DNA from: Sporopachydermia quercuum
Lineage: Eukaryota
Length of the DNA: 64,000 nt
Assembly (NCBI GenBank): GCA_001599295.1
Contig: BCGN01000008.1
Span: 930,001-994,000, forward strand
Reading direction: 5' to 3'
A program made the position numbers and the translations under genes. This document shows, one piece after another, positions 38,831 through 50,809 of this stretch; within the stretch, counting starts at the first letter, position 1, and each line of letters opens with the position of its first letter. The notes under the pieces were generated by a model. It was not told where the DNA came from, made no database searches, and saw only the letters and a program-made list of their open reading frames with translations.

Positions 38831-39777
38831 ATGAGTGGAAAGTATAGTCAATTACTAGACGAAAGTGGAACTAGTAGCGATGGAGTAAGTATTACAATGT
38901 TTACTTCAATGCTTGCTAATCTGACAATACTATTGAATAATATTTCGGATATGTTATCAATCCATCTAACAAGATTTGTCAGAACATATTGGCTGATATG
39001 AGCCATCAGGCTTACATTCCCCCTGATTTTGATACTACTGGCCAGTCACCTGCTCCAAGTTATGGTCTTAGCGGATCAATCGAGACTCCAGGCGAAGCAC
39101 CACCAAAATACACTCCACCAGGTAGTAGTAGTATATGGTCAGTGACATATTACAGACAATACTTTGACATTGATACATCCGATTTTTTCCAGAGATGCTT
39201 AAAATCATTACGTTTCTTCTCTGGAGAAAGCTTCAGTGATATCGTTGAGAGTAATCCGGATTTGTACGGACCTATCTGGATTACTTGGACAGTGGCAGTA
39301 GTATTATTTTTCTCTAACACAGTGATTGGATTGATCAAAACCAAATGGGAACATGAGACATATGAATACAATTTTGGTCTTCTTAATGCAGCAGCGGGCC
39401 TCTTATTTGGATATACCCTTATTACTCCATTGGCTCTTTATTTAGCAAGCAAATACTTGAAAGTAACAAGTGTTCCCTCTCCTGTTTATCTGATATCCCT
39501 TTACGGATACTCCAATTTAATTTGGATTCCTGTGGCTATTCTAAGCATATCTCCTATACTTTCTATGCCCACTCTTATGAATGTCTTCCGATGGGTATTT
39601 GTAGTACTGGGATTTTTGCTCTCTGGTTCCTTTATATTCAAAAATCTGTATATGGATCTGAAGACTGGAACGGATGTTCTTGATAATGGCAAGAAACTTT
39701 TGACTAGCTTGCTTGTGCTTTTAACTAGTGCTCATGCCGCATTTGCCATTGCTGTCAAAGTGACTTTCTTTGGGTAA
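38831..39777 (+). CDS. Yip1-domain Golgi membrane protein (Yip5/YIPF1-2-like), at least 2 exons, ~282 aa
   Basis: Exon 1 is 38831-38884; intron 38885-38982 is GTAAGT..TCTAAC..CAG. Motifs YYRQYFDIDT, PDLYGPIWI and SLYGYSN.IWIP, with about five hydrophobic segments. A further 3' exon is possible (see findings). Confidence 0.88.
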
Positions 39778-40498
39778 GTTATATCTTGCTATAGGGTCTC
39801 TTTTTCCAATATTATTTTAGGACTAATGAATTGACATTAACCTTGAGATTTAGGGGGAAGATCTAGATTATAATATGAGATATTTTATCAGGCAAATTGA
39901 GTGGACGAGCGTGCATGTCAATAAGTAACCACTCAAATTCGTTTTTTTCGTGAAGGAGTTCCCCGCTTATCATCGAAAAGCGGACTATATTGTGTCTTTG
40001 ACCATACTAATATAGTATTCAACAAATAAGGCAATTATTAATTTGATAAGATAATCATACATATAAATGAGATCCAAGTTAGCACATTGTTAATCCAAAA
40101 TAGAGTTCAAGGAACTGGCATATCGTTACATACAAATAGAGACCCCGTACGTAGTATACTTCCTATTAACCTATAAACCTAACGAAGTTTTTGAATTGAC
40201 AGAACTTTGAATATGTGATGTCATCTCTAAGTTCAAACATCGAAAACCAAAATACAAATATTCTCAATTCTATCTCAGTAATCTAGCTGATAATCTCTAC
40301 AGCTACTTCTCTAGCTCATGCATACTTATGCATCTCACTGCATATAAGTTTGAGGTATGACAGCAACAACTTTTAGCCTTTATAGAATATCCTCATTCTA
40401 CTAACTATCGACAATCAATGGCTATTTGTTCGTGGTTGATTCAGCTCAATAGATGAAGGCTATACTGGATTTCCTTACAGTCAGCAAATGCAGAAGCA

Positions 40499-41680
40499 AT
40501 GAGTCGGCTACTATCCTTTGACGCGTTTTCCAAAACGGCAGAAGATGCTAGAGTACGAACAAAATCAGGGGCTATAGTCACCATCATATCGTTGGTAATT
40601 ACAGTCTACCTAATTCTTACAGAATGGATGAACTATCGTATGATTGTCACAAGACCTCATCTGACTGTCGATAAAGCCAGGGAGGAAAAATTGTATATTG
40701 ATATGGATATAGTGTTTCACCATATGCCATGCGAGCTCATGACATTGGACTTAATGGACATTTCTGGCGATTTACAGGAAGATGTTACACACGGAATTAA
40801 GAAGATCCGATTGGATAGCAACGGCAATGAACTCAGTGCAGAAGATCTGACATTCCATCATCATGAGGAGGATGAACAAGATTCAGGCAATAAAGGAGAC
40901 AAGAGTAAAGTAATTGGATCAATAGATTATTGCGGGCCATGTTATGGAGCTAAACCCGAAGGAGAATGCTGTAATAATTGTAAAGAGGTGAGAGATGCAT
41001 ATGCTTTGAAAGGATGGGCATTTTATGATGGCAGCGGAATTGAACAATGTGAGCATGAACATTACCAAGAGAAGCTTCAATCATTAAGCGATGAAGGGTG
41101 TCGAATTGTTGGATTTGCTGAAGTTAATAGAGTAGCAGGCAACTTTCATTTTGCTCCAGGTAAAAGTCATACAGAAAGATTCTCAGGACATATTCATGAT
41201 TTATCATTGTATCAAAATGAAAACAGTCATTTCACATTTTCTCATAAGATTAACAGATTAGCATTTGGCAGGGGTAATCATGGGAAGAACGCTCTTGATC
41301 AAGTTGAACATGGAACAGATAACAAATACATGACTTTTTCGTACTACTTGAAAGTTGTCTCTATTGTCCATAAGTCAATCAATTGGCAGCTGGAAGAATA
41401 TAATGAATACAGTGCGACATCTCACGAACGACCGTTAATGGGAGGAAGAGATGAAGACCATCCTAATACATTACATAGAAGGGGTGGCCTTCCTGGTATA
41501 TTTTTCAATTACGATATTTCAGCGATGAAGATTATCAATTCTGAAGAGCGAAATAAGACTTTTGGTGAATTCTTGTTGGGAGTTTGTTCTATAATTGGCG
41601 GGGTATTGACTGTTGCTGCCATTATTGATAGAGGAGTTTGGGAAGCAGATAAAGCTTTCAAACGTAAGAAAAGTATTTGA
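40499..41680 (+). CDS. ERV46: ER-Golgi vesicle cargo receptor Erv46 (ERGIC3), 393 aa
   Basis: FDAFSKT.ED.RVRT.SG, YCGPCYGA...CCN.C..VR.AY...GW, EGCR...VNRV.GNFHFAPG and GGRDEDHPNTLH.RGG.PG motifs, with a C-terminal KKxx signal (KKSI). Confidence 0.95.
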   Translation: MSRLLSFDAFSKTAEDARVRTKSGAIVTIISLVITVYLILTEWMNYRMIVTRPHLTVDKAREEKLYIDMDIVFHHMPCELMTLDLMDISGDLQEDVTHGIKKIRLDSNGNELSAEDLTFHHHEEDEQDSGNKGDKSKVIGSIDYCGPCYGAKPEGECCNNCKEVRDAYALKGWAFYDGSGIEQCEHEHYQEKLQSLSDEGCRIVGFAEVNRVAGNFHFAPGKSHTERFSGHIHDLSLYQNENSHFTFSHKINRLAFGRGNHGKNALDQVEHGTDNKYMTFSYYLKVVSIVHKSINWQLEEYNEYSATSHERPLMGGRDEDHPNTLHRRGGLPGIFFNYDISAMKIINSEERNKTFGEFLLGVCSIIGGVLTVAAIIDRGVWEADKAFKRKKSI

Positions 41681-42340
41681 TAGGTTTCGAAGTTGGGGGA
41701 GCTGTTGCTTATACATGTGAATAGATAAAGATAATGAAAATAAAAACATTTTATAGAATTTCATGGCGCCAAACGCTTTACTGAGCTAAATCAATCATTC
41801 GATCATTCAATTTGAAACTAGTATTATTGCTTTTATTTTTAACCTGGTTGAATTAAAGTTCTAATTTAAAGTTGACTCTGCATATTTCCAACTCAACTCA
41901 ATCTAAATAGCCCCTTACCAGTTAACTATGCACTTTTCCAGGAGTAATTGAACATTTTTTTTGCGAAGTTGTAGAGTTATGTTGCAATTTCATTTTTCAG
42001 TGTTTAGGCTCGTAACTTAATGAGTTTCATATTGCTAATACATAATTATGCATAATTGTGCATGATCTCTGGAGATAGACGAGAAATGATTTTAGTATTA
42101 GTAAAGTCAGAGTGAGTAGAAGGTAACTTGCAATGAGATATATAATTATAACAATGAAAATGAGGAGCAACTGATAGAAATGCAAGAAATAGTGTTCAGA
42201 TAAGGAATGATATGCAGAACTTATCAGCGTTGAGGTAAGAAATATAGTATATTTCAAGGTTCAAGTAGCCTAACTGCATTTTAGCTCTCTTACCTACTTA
42301 CTCTACATGTTTCACCATAAACTCATTAGAATGTATCTCA

Positions 42341-42381
42341 ATCTAAATCTAACTGCAAAAGAACTGCAGTTAGATTTAGAT
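42341..42381. repeat. Perfect 17-bp inverted repeat with 7-nt spacer
   Basis: ATCTAAATCTAACTGCA-aaagaac-TGCAGTTAGATTTAGAT, read directly from the sequence. Confidence 0.95.
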
Positions 42382-43182
42382 CCATTTTATATCATCCATT
42401 TAGCAACCTCAACTCTGCAAAAATAAGAAAACCATTCAAAAAGTCTTTATATGACTATTCTGTCAACCTCTATTATTCTCTATCAATAACCTTTTTTTTC
42501 TAACCTTCATGTCTTTTCAAAGCCATCATTTCCCAATCTGGACAATTGTGTGATGCATCTAAATGCAAAGTATATGCGTCTTCCTGCATAAACTTTCTTT
42601 CTTTTCCCTCCTTCTCTTTGTGTTTACCGAAAAACCATTTCGCCTGTTTCTCTTTCTCCATCAAATAACTCATTAGCTATTGATCATGAACCGAAACAGA
42701 GCTAAAAGCGTATTGTATCAATAGAAAAACTGTGGTTCTACATTTCAAAAATACACGTACATGAATAACGATAGGGAATTTGTCTTCAACAGTGAACTAG
42801 TAGTCCCGAAAGAAATAAAACTTATTGTTTCTGTTGGTTGATTAACCCTTATACTATAAATAACAACAAAGAATTGTACACCTACGATTATCGAAACAAA
42901 AAGCGTTTATCAAATAGTACGGACACGTACTATCTTCACAGTACAATTGTCAACAAGCGTTTAATATAAGGATCTCTTTTTTTGTTCCTTTTTCCGCCAC
43001 CGTTTTATGATCATCGGCCGCATTTTCAGTCATTAGTTCAACAATTTATCATTCACCGCGAACAGATATACGGAGGTATATCGATCTTTGATTACCGACA
43101 TTGACACCAATTTTTATACGATTATGCCAAAAACTCCCAGTATTTTACTCCACTATTATCAGAATCACCAACAGTATCGGAA

Positions 43183-46100
43183 ATGACACACAAAGTATCA
43201 GTATCTCACGTCAACGTATTGTTGAACCAAGGCGACAATGACCTGGCTATGAATAAGCAGGCAAAAGCTGAAGACTCATTATACAGAATCTGTTTGGAAC
43301 TAAGGAATAGATTAAATGGCATTCCATCAATAAGAATTCTACTAGAAGATGCTATGAATCCAACCCAGAGTTCTTATGGTAATCAGGAATCTCCCCATGA
43401 GACTTCTGGTTCTGTTGGTTCGGCAGGTACTGGAGGGAACTATACAGTATCACCGATAAATTCTCGCTCAAGCACAACCAGTGATGCGTCTTTAGTGTCA
43501 ATATATTCTTCCAACGAACGTAAATATTCAATTGCTGGTACAACTGCAGCAAGAAGGATAGTGACAGAAACTGACACTATAGGAATAGGTGTTTTACCAT
43601 CAAACATGAAATGTGATGCAGTTACTCAACTATGGAGATTTATTCAGAAAGGTGCAGGATTATGTGAACTATTGAATCTATTTGGCCTCAAAGAATACAT
43701 CTATCCTATTAATACCGATGACGTGAAACTAAGGAAACGAAACTTATACGATTTTATTCGTGTATGTAAAAATGAGTTAAAACTACACGACGATGAATTA
43801 TTTACCATATCTGACGCACTATCAAACAACACATCTCATTTTTTACAAGTATTGAAAACAGTTCAGCTGGTTGTTGATAAATTAGAAGCCTTAAGCATCA
43901 TAAAACCTGTGCCAATATCAAAATATGATCCAGTGAAATCCCCAAGTCAATTATCACCACGAGACAATGTTGTTCAAGAAATAGTCACAACAGAAAGAAA
44001 ACATGTACAAGATTTGGAAACAATGTTGGGTTATAAAATTCAATTGCAATCAAAAGATATTCTATCATCAATAGAGATAGAAATTTTATTCCCTGGATTA
44101 TCTGATATTGTTGATTTCCAAAGAAGATTCCTTATTGGTGTTGAAATCCAATCTGATCAGGAACCAATAAGTCAAAGATTTGGCTCATTATTCTTAGATT
44201 CACCACATGAATTTGAAAGTAACTTGCAGTTTCTAGTCAATCAGAAAATGGCATTTGATCTAATCAACAAAGACGAACAGATGTTTAACAATCCTAATTT
44301 GATTATTAAAAGCAGCTACGAACTACAAGCATTTCTTATAAAACCAGTGCAAAGATTTCTTAAGTATCCATTATTGCTGAAGGAATTGAAGAAAACAACC
44401 CCTACTGATTGGCCATTTTATGCAGAATTGGAAGAAGCTCTAAACACTTTGAAAAAACTAGCAGCAGCTTTAAATGAAAAACAGAGAGAAATTGAAAATG
44501 AAGAAGTAGCAGAGAGCCTAAAAACTCAAGTAAGAGATTGGAGATCCTTAGACCCATCAAAAGCCGGTAAGCTACTACTACATGCTGTTTTACCGTTCAT
44601 AAGGAAAGAACATTCAGATTTTGATGCTAATGTGTATCTATTTCAAGAATGTCTTCTAGTATGTCAACAGGTTGATGTTGATGGCTCATCTTTAAATGAT
44701 GGATCAAGTTCATCAGGTGACAATAGGTTGTATGAAACCAGTGGTTCTAGCAGTAGTTTTACATCTACTCAATCAACATCAACAGTTTCAACGAAAACCT
44801 CCAAATTAACAAAATTGCCCGGCCTAGGCAAGAAACTAGCAGGATCATCGTCATTCAATGGATTTGTTACTAATTCTTCTACTAATCTATCACGATATGG
44901 CTCATCCAGTACACCTGGAATCAGGTCATTAGAGTTGAAATCTGTTGTCTCTATCTACGATTTGAAGTCTGTTGATAAAGAATCATCAAATACGACAGGT
45001 AATAATATTCCTGGTATTGGTGGTATGCTTGTTGTGAGATTTGAAATAGGGAAAAAATCAAGTTCATATCGATTTAAATTCCGTCATGATGAGCTATTGA
45101 ATAGATGGTACAACGGCATGACAGATTTAATGAAGAAAAAGAAAGCAGAAGAAGAAGAGAAACGATATTTGAAAAAAGCTGCTAAAGAAGCATTTTTACA
45201 ACAACAGAACTTATATAAAGGCGATGGTATCAACAGATCAATGAGAAGCCCTAACGGGCATGCTGATTCACCTAATTTGGACTCACCACATGAACCTTCA
45301 TCTTCAAGGTCAGATGAAGTTCTAATGAATGGTGTAAGATCTTTACAATTGGAATCACCACTGTCTACTACTAAGGAATCTATTTTGTTATCACAACAGA
45401 ACCATAGTTTAACCCATGGTGCTAATGGTAATTATGTATTAGGACATACTAGGAAAGCTAGTAGTTCTAATTTTGATATTCCAAACGGAAGTGCTATGCC
45501 AGTGATGCAATCAGTAGGCAATGGAAATTCATATTCAATAAGTGAATCACCAACTAGTACTACATCGACATCAGGCACAGCGGCATCTAGTAATCGTAAT
45601 AGTGTGACAATGATGGGTGAAATGCTTACCAATGAGAAATCATCGGTGAGAAGACCTTCAATTGATGATGCATCCACTTTCATACCTGGAAATAGGAAAG
45701 TCTCTAGTGGCAAGTACAATTTGGGTAGTGGAAGCTATAACGTTAACAACTCCAGTGGTACTATCAATCCTGGTAGTAATCAACAATATTCTAGAAACTT
45801 TACAGCTCCTTTATCAATTAATTCCGCAGCGAATTCTTCTAATGCTGGCTATCAATCATTCCCATCGGCTCCACCAGTTGCATCATCTTTTCCATTTTCA
45901 CAAGACAGCATAAACAGCAATGAAGTGAATTCGAAGCTAGTAGACTCAAGATCACCACCACCGCAAATAGTGAACCATATAAACGAGAAGTTTGACCCAT
46001 CAACAGCTAGAAATCGCTCGGTTTCATCACCAAACGTGCAATCAGTAGTTGGAAGATTTCCTTCACCTAGCATACCGTCCACAGCTACATTTATGCCATT

Positions 46101-46800
46101 TCCAGAACAGACTGACAGCCCCACTCAAGAACAAGTACCATTTGTTGGAAGATCCTTCTCGCAGAGTAATTATTTTACTGGTTCTCATGGTCATCATAAA
46201 TCTCATCCTCAACTATCATCACCTCCTTCTTTGCCAAACGTACCAACCATTTCTACTCCATCTTCATTACCAGGGCATAGGAGCAAGAAATCCGAATCAA
46301 ACTCAACTTCCTTGGCTGATTCCTTTAGAGCTTTCCCTTCGCAGAATTATAACTCTCTCAAACAAATGCCTCCACCCCCATTGCCAGAATCACTATTATC
46401 ATTATCGTCAGGCTCTCCTCCCCCTCCAGTGTTGGCATCAGTATTAGGATCTAAGTCTGGAGAATCACATGCTCCTCCTCCAATACCTATTCCTAGTGCT
46501 CCTGAACCTATAACAAGATCAGCAGTTGGTCAGTTACTGGTTAGTATTATCAGCAATAATGATAGACTTACCTTGATTATAAACCGAGGTGTGACGTACG
46601 ATGAATTTGTTGTTCATGTAGTCAAAAAGCTGCAACGATCATGTAAATTGCCTTCTGGAATTGATACCCAGAGCCTGAAAGTTAAATTGCAATATTTAGA
46701 CGATGACGATTTGATATTAATTCAGAACGATGAAGATTTATCATTAGCATTAGAAGATTCGGCAGGGTCAAATCCTGAGATAACAGTTACGATTACGTGA
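43183..46800 (+). CDS. CDC24: Cdc42 guanine nucleotide exchange factor Cdc24 (CH-DH-PH-PB1), 1205 aa
   Basis: DSLYRIC..LR.RL, CH-like D.VTQLW...ELFTISD, DH domain EIVTTERKHVQDLE...FLIKPVQR..KYPLLLKEL, PH region and C-terminal PB1 (KLQYLDDDDLILI..DEDL..ALE). Follows ERV46, as in S. cerevisiae. Confidence 0.9.
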   Translation: MTHKVSVSHVNVLLNQGDNDLAMNKQAKAEDSLYRICLELRNRLNGIPSIRILLEDAMNPTQSSYGNQESPHETSGSVGSAGTGGNYTVSPINSRSSTTSDASLVSIYSSNERKYSIAGTTAARRIVTETDTIGIGVLPSNMKCDAVTQLWRFIQKGAGLCELLNLFGLKEYIYPINTDDVKLRKRNLYDFIRVCKNELKLHDDELFTISDALSNNTSHFLQVLKTVQLVVDKLEALSIIKPVPISKYDPVKSPSQLSPRDNVVQEIVTTERKHVQDLETMLGYKIQLQSKDILSSIEIEILFPGLSDIVDFQRRFLIGVEIQSDQEPISQRFGSLFLDSPHEFESNLQFLVNQKMAFDLINKDEQMFNNPNLIIKSSYELQAFLIKPVQRFLKYPLLLKELKKTTPTDWPFYAELEEALNTLKKLAAALNEKQREIENEEVAESLKTQVRDWRSLDPSKAGKLLLHAVLPFIRKEHSDFDANVYLFQECLLVCQQVDVDGSSLNDGSSSSGDNRLYETSGSSSSFTSTQSTSTVSTKTSKLTKLPGLGKKLAGSSSFNGFVTNSSTNLSRYGSSSTPGIRSLELKSVVSIYDLKSVDKESSNTTGNNIPGIGGMLVVRFEIGKKSSSYRFKFRHDELLNRWYNGMTDLMKKKKAEEEEKRYLKKAAKEAFLQQQNLYKGDGINRSMRSPNGHADSPNLDSPHEPSSSRSDEVLMNGVRSLQLESPLSTTKESILLSQQNHSLTHGANGNYVLGHTRKASSSNFDIPNGSAMPVMQSVGNGNSYSISESPTSTTSTSGTAASSNRNSVTMMGEMLTNEKSSVRRPSIDDASTFIPGNRKVSSGKYNLGSGSYNVNNSSGTINPGSNQQYSRNFTAPLSINSAANSSNAGYQSFPSAPPVASSFPFSQDSINSNEVNSKLVDSRSPPPQIVNHINEKFDPSTARNRSVSSPNVQSVVGRFPSPSIPSTATFMPFPEQTDSPTQEQVPFVGRSFSQSNYFTGSHGHHKSHPQLSSPPSLPNVPTISTPSSLPGHRSKKSESNSTSLADSFRAFPSQNYNSLKQMPPPPLPESLLSLSSGSPPPPVLASVLGSKSGESHAPPPIPIPSAPEPITRSAVGQLLVSIISNNDRLTLIINRGVTYDEFVVHVVKKLQRSCKLPSGIDTQSLKVKLQYLDDDDLILIQNDEDLSLALEDSAGSNPEITVTIT

Positions 46801-47472
46801 TCAAAAAGTTACAGGGTGGGGGGTATTAGAGATAGCTAGCTTTCTGTAGTAATGAATGAGTTAAGAATTATAATATATGTGTACGATGATTACTAGTAGG
46901 AAAGCAGAAATCCGATGAATTACGATTTATAAGCTAGACTGGGAACTGGGAATATAAGCGAGACTACTGGTGAATTATTTTCGTTATTGAGAATCTCAGA
47001 ACTGGAATATAGTTTGGCACCATCAGAAAGGTTCGTTGATAAATATGGTAATGAGTAAACTGGCTCTTCAAACAGGTCTAAGCAAAGGTAAAACATTACT
47101 TAACACCACATATAGCTAACCATATAATGTATTGGCTTTCATTATGACTTGGAATCCATACATAATATAAAATATCACAACTGTTTTATACATTCCTTCA
47201 ATCATACTGCAATCAATGAATGTATGGTGCACTTATTTGTAAGAACGATTACATAATCGCAATAATCGTATTAATTACTCGATCACACTATAATTTGACC
47301 TTGGCTCATCTGAGCGATCTTGATCAACTCTCTGAAAAATTATACAATTGTTAATTTACAATCACAGTGAATAAGCTCACTACTTATTTACAGTTATTCT
47401 CACCATCCTACAAAAACTTTTGATCTGAACAATTAGTATATTATGCATTAACAACAAAGCCACCGAATCCCG

Positions 47473-49503
47473 TTAAGTCATGTAATACTTTGGACCATCA
47501 CCACCTTCAGGTACAGTCCAATTGATATCCTGAGTAGGTACCTTAATATCGCAAGTCTTACAATGTATACAGTTCTGAGAATTAATTTGAAATCTAACTC
47601 CTTCAGGTGCTGTCTCATCGTCAATATACTCATAAACACCCGCAGGGCAGAACCTATTCTCCACTCCTTTGAATTTAGGATATGACAAAGCAGTATGCTT
47701 CTTTAACTGTTCGTCAGTGTTAGCCAACGTCGCTTCTTCAGTATTAGTTAGTCGTAAGTGACATCGTTCATCTTCGTCGTGATAAGTACCTGTACGAGAG
47801 ACACTCGTGAGAATGTCAAAGGATATTTCACCATCAGGCTTTGGATAATCAATCTTCTTGAAAGAATCTGCAGGCTTAGTCAAACCTGAATCAGATGACT
47901 TATGATGAAAGGTCCATGGCTCTTTACCTTTAGTAATCATAGTAGCAAGTCCAGAGTATGCGAGACCACCCCATAGTTTGAGTGGATTATGGAAAGAAGG
48001 ACGAACGTTTCTAATCTCATGCAATTCATCGTAAATCCAAGATGACCTGAAACTTGATTCGTACGTATCCAAATCTAGATATTCAGCTTCAGGATTTTCT
48101 TCTAATTTCTTGAACACAGATTCAGCTGCTAGAATACCAGATTTCATGGCATTATGCGTTCCCTTAATCTTTGGTACGTTCATAAAACCAGCTGAACAAC
48201 CAATTAATGCACCACCAGGAAAGTTCAGCTTCGGAATTGATTGTAAACCGCCTTCATTCAATGCTCTTGCGCCGTAGGAGATACAACTTCCACCTTTCAA
48301 AACATCAGCATAAAAAGGATGATGCTTCATCTTTTGAAATTCTTGATATGGTGAAACCCATGGGTTTTCATAATCTAAACCAACAACCAAACCAACAGAA
48401 ACTAAACCATCCCCAAAATGATACATAAAACCACCACCATACACATCTGGAGACAAGGGATAGCCCATTGTATGGGCAACGAGGCCTTTACGGAACTTCT
48501 CTCTGGGGACTTCCCAAACTTCCTTGATACCTAAACCATAAGTTTGATTATCTCTTCCTTCACGTAGATTGAAGTTCTTGGTGGCTTGTTTACTTAAAGA
48601 TCCATGACAACCTTCAGCTAATAATGTAACTTTTGCATGGAATTCCATGCCTCTTTCAAATGCATCTTTAGGTAGCCCAGATTTGGAGATGCCCATATCC
48701 ATTGTAGCTATACCTTTAACAGCTGTTTTTTCTTCATCGGCATAAACAAGTTCACTGACAGCGATTCCAGGGTATATTTCCACCCCGAGTTCTTCGGCTT
48801 GTTCAGCTAGGTATTTCACTACTTGGTTCAGTGAGACAATGAAATTTTTGTTCTTATTAACCATTTGAGGAGGCTCTGGTATCGGAATTGCATGATTTCC
48901 AATCAAAAATCTCATTTGTTCTTCTTCAACCAACGTAACAAGATCCTCTGGTAGAGGGATTTTGGCACCATTTTTGTTATTACCAGCCAAATCTTCATAT
49001 TCAAAATCTGGGAATAGCTCAAGTAAAGCCCGAGGTTCAAGCACTGCACCTGAAAGAATATGATTACCCATATCAGGAGCCTTCTCTAGTACCACTACTC
49101 TCAGTTCTCCACTACCAGATTCATTATCTAACTGTTTCAGCTTGATAGCTGCTGCTAAACCTGCTGGACCACCACCAACAATTACTACATCTACTTCATC
49201 AACTGCTCTTTCTTCATTTAAAACTTCCAGCACCTCAGGATCAATATCTTCGTTTAGTAGTGCAGTTGAATTATGGAATTTGTTAACAGAGACGGAAGTA
49301 AATGATCTAGATTCTTGTTTTGACAGCATATAATTCGTTTGAATACCTGTAGTATTTCTTGCATTTCTTGTTTTTAGCAAGTTTGAAACTCCTGTTATGT
49401 ATCTCATATTCATATTCAGTATCCTAGTTCTGTTGCTGCTCCTAATAATCGAAGCATTAGCAACTCTGGATAAACCAGATTTTAAAGAAGCTTTCAAAAC
49501 CAT
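47473..49503 (-). CDS. CIR2: Electron transfer flavoprotein-ubiquinone oxidoreductase, mitochondrial, 676 aa
   Basis: Basic presequence, FAD-binding VVIVGGGPAGLAAAI, GARALNEGG.QS, and 4Fe-4S ligands FCPAGVYE and CIHCKTCDIK. Confidence 0.96.
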   Translation of the reverse strand: MVLKASLKSGLSRVANASIIRSSNRTRILNMNMRYITGVSNLLKTRNARNTTGIQTNYMLSKQESRSFTSVSVNKFHNSTALLNEDIDPEVLEVLNEERAVDEVDVVIVGGGPAGLAAAIKLKQLDNESGSGELRVVVLEKAPDMGNHILSGAVLEPRALLELFPDFEYEDLAGNNKNGAKIPLPEDLVTLVEEEQMRFLIGNHAIPIPEPPQMVNKNKNFIVSLNQVVKYLAEQAEELGVEIYPGIAVSELVYADEEKTAVKGIATMDMGISKSGLPKDAFERGMEFHAKVTLLAEGCHGSLSKQATKNFNLREGRDNQTYGLGIKEVWEVPREKFRKGLVAHTMGYPLSPDVYGGGFMYHFGDGLVSVGLVVGLDYENPWVSPYQEFQKMKHHPFYADVLKGGSCISYGARALNEGGLQSIPKLNFPGGALIGCSAGFMNVPKIKGTHNAMKSGILAAESVFKKLEENPEAEYLDLDTYESSFRSSWIYDELHEIRNVRPSFHNPLKLWGGLAYSGLATMITKGKEPWTFHHKSSDSGLTKPADSFKKIDYPKPDGEISFDILTSVSRTGTYHDEDERCHLRLTNTEEATLANTDEQLKKHTALSYPKFKGVENRFCPAGVYEYIDDETAPEGVRFQINSQNCIHCKTCDIKVPTQDINWTVPEGGDGPKYYMT

Positions 49504-50809
49504 TTTAGCAACCTATAACTAAAATTACCTTGTATGCCCGGTTTACAAAAGAAATATGTTTGATAAAAGACTGGTAGACTGGCATTCGCTTTTTCACCTT
49601 TCCTTTAACTTTGGATGACTTATCTAGAATCTGCTAATGAAACTGACGAACAAACAGTTCTCGAAAAATAAATTTGCAGAATTCAGATTTTTTAAGAGAC
49701 CTGAACTAATATCAGACACTAGAATTAACTATTGCTCAACTACTATAGATAACAGTTTAGCAATTCAATCATTCAGTACTTCATTCAATATTCTACCTAT
49801 CAAATCATTTATTTTTCCCAATTTTCATCACCAGTTTTGAACTTCTTTCTATAGTGAACAATGTTAATTACTATGGTAAACAATATCCCAATAGCTCATC
49901 AGCAGACGGAAAACATACTTAGAATAGCAACATTTACGATATGGATACTGAAATGTTCGAGACTGATTGTATTTTGAAGAGTTAGTGGTAATAATGTTAT
50001 AATTATATATAAGTGTACCAGATAATTGCAATTTGATGATTAGCATATTGCTCCAGTATAGTAGTTAAACTGTCATGTGCATAACTTGGAGTCTCCGTTT
50101 CTATCCTGATTAGTAGGTAACAAGCGCAAGGCTTTATCCACCTTTTCGGTGCGTGGGTGTGAATAAGGTTGACCTCGGTTGGAATTTAGAGTTGTATCAC
50201 TAGAACTACCCTCAAGAGAAGAGCCAGCAGCCAATGAAATGCTGAAGATTGTAAGCATGTCATGTGACTCAATTGACCTTGAGTGGAAAAAGTGAAAAAT
50301 TTCGGTTGTACGGTTTATGGGGTGGTAGTGGAGATGTGGGGTGCTTAATCTCGGAAGTTAGAATCCTTGTCGGAAGATGATATGGCGGGGGATAGAGTGG
50401 AGGAGTATTTGTGTAGGTAAGCAACGATTTGATAAATGAATTGGTAATATGTTCGATGGCTAATTTAGAAGTAATTATAGCCGCTTGGAATTTGAATTGT
50501 GGGGAAACGATGGAGTAAAGAGATAAGGCAGTTGGTGACAGCGTCATCTAATGGAAGTGAAGTGATTGATTGCATGGATTAACAGATGCAACAATAGTTG
50601 ATCGATAACAGTATTTTCTTTTTCTGTACAGTTGCGTATGAACATTTAGTCCACTTTCCGGGAGAAAGATCGATCATTATCAGCAAAAGTTGATGAAGGT
50701 CAATTTGCTAGAGATTCAATGCCCATATAGTTGCAAACTGTCCTTACAGGAACGTATAACTACAAAGGAATAAATTTACAACATAGTAATGTATAATCAA
50801 AAATGATTT

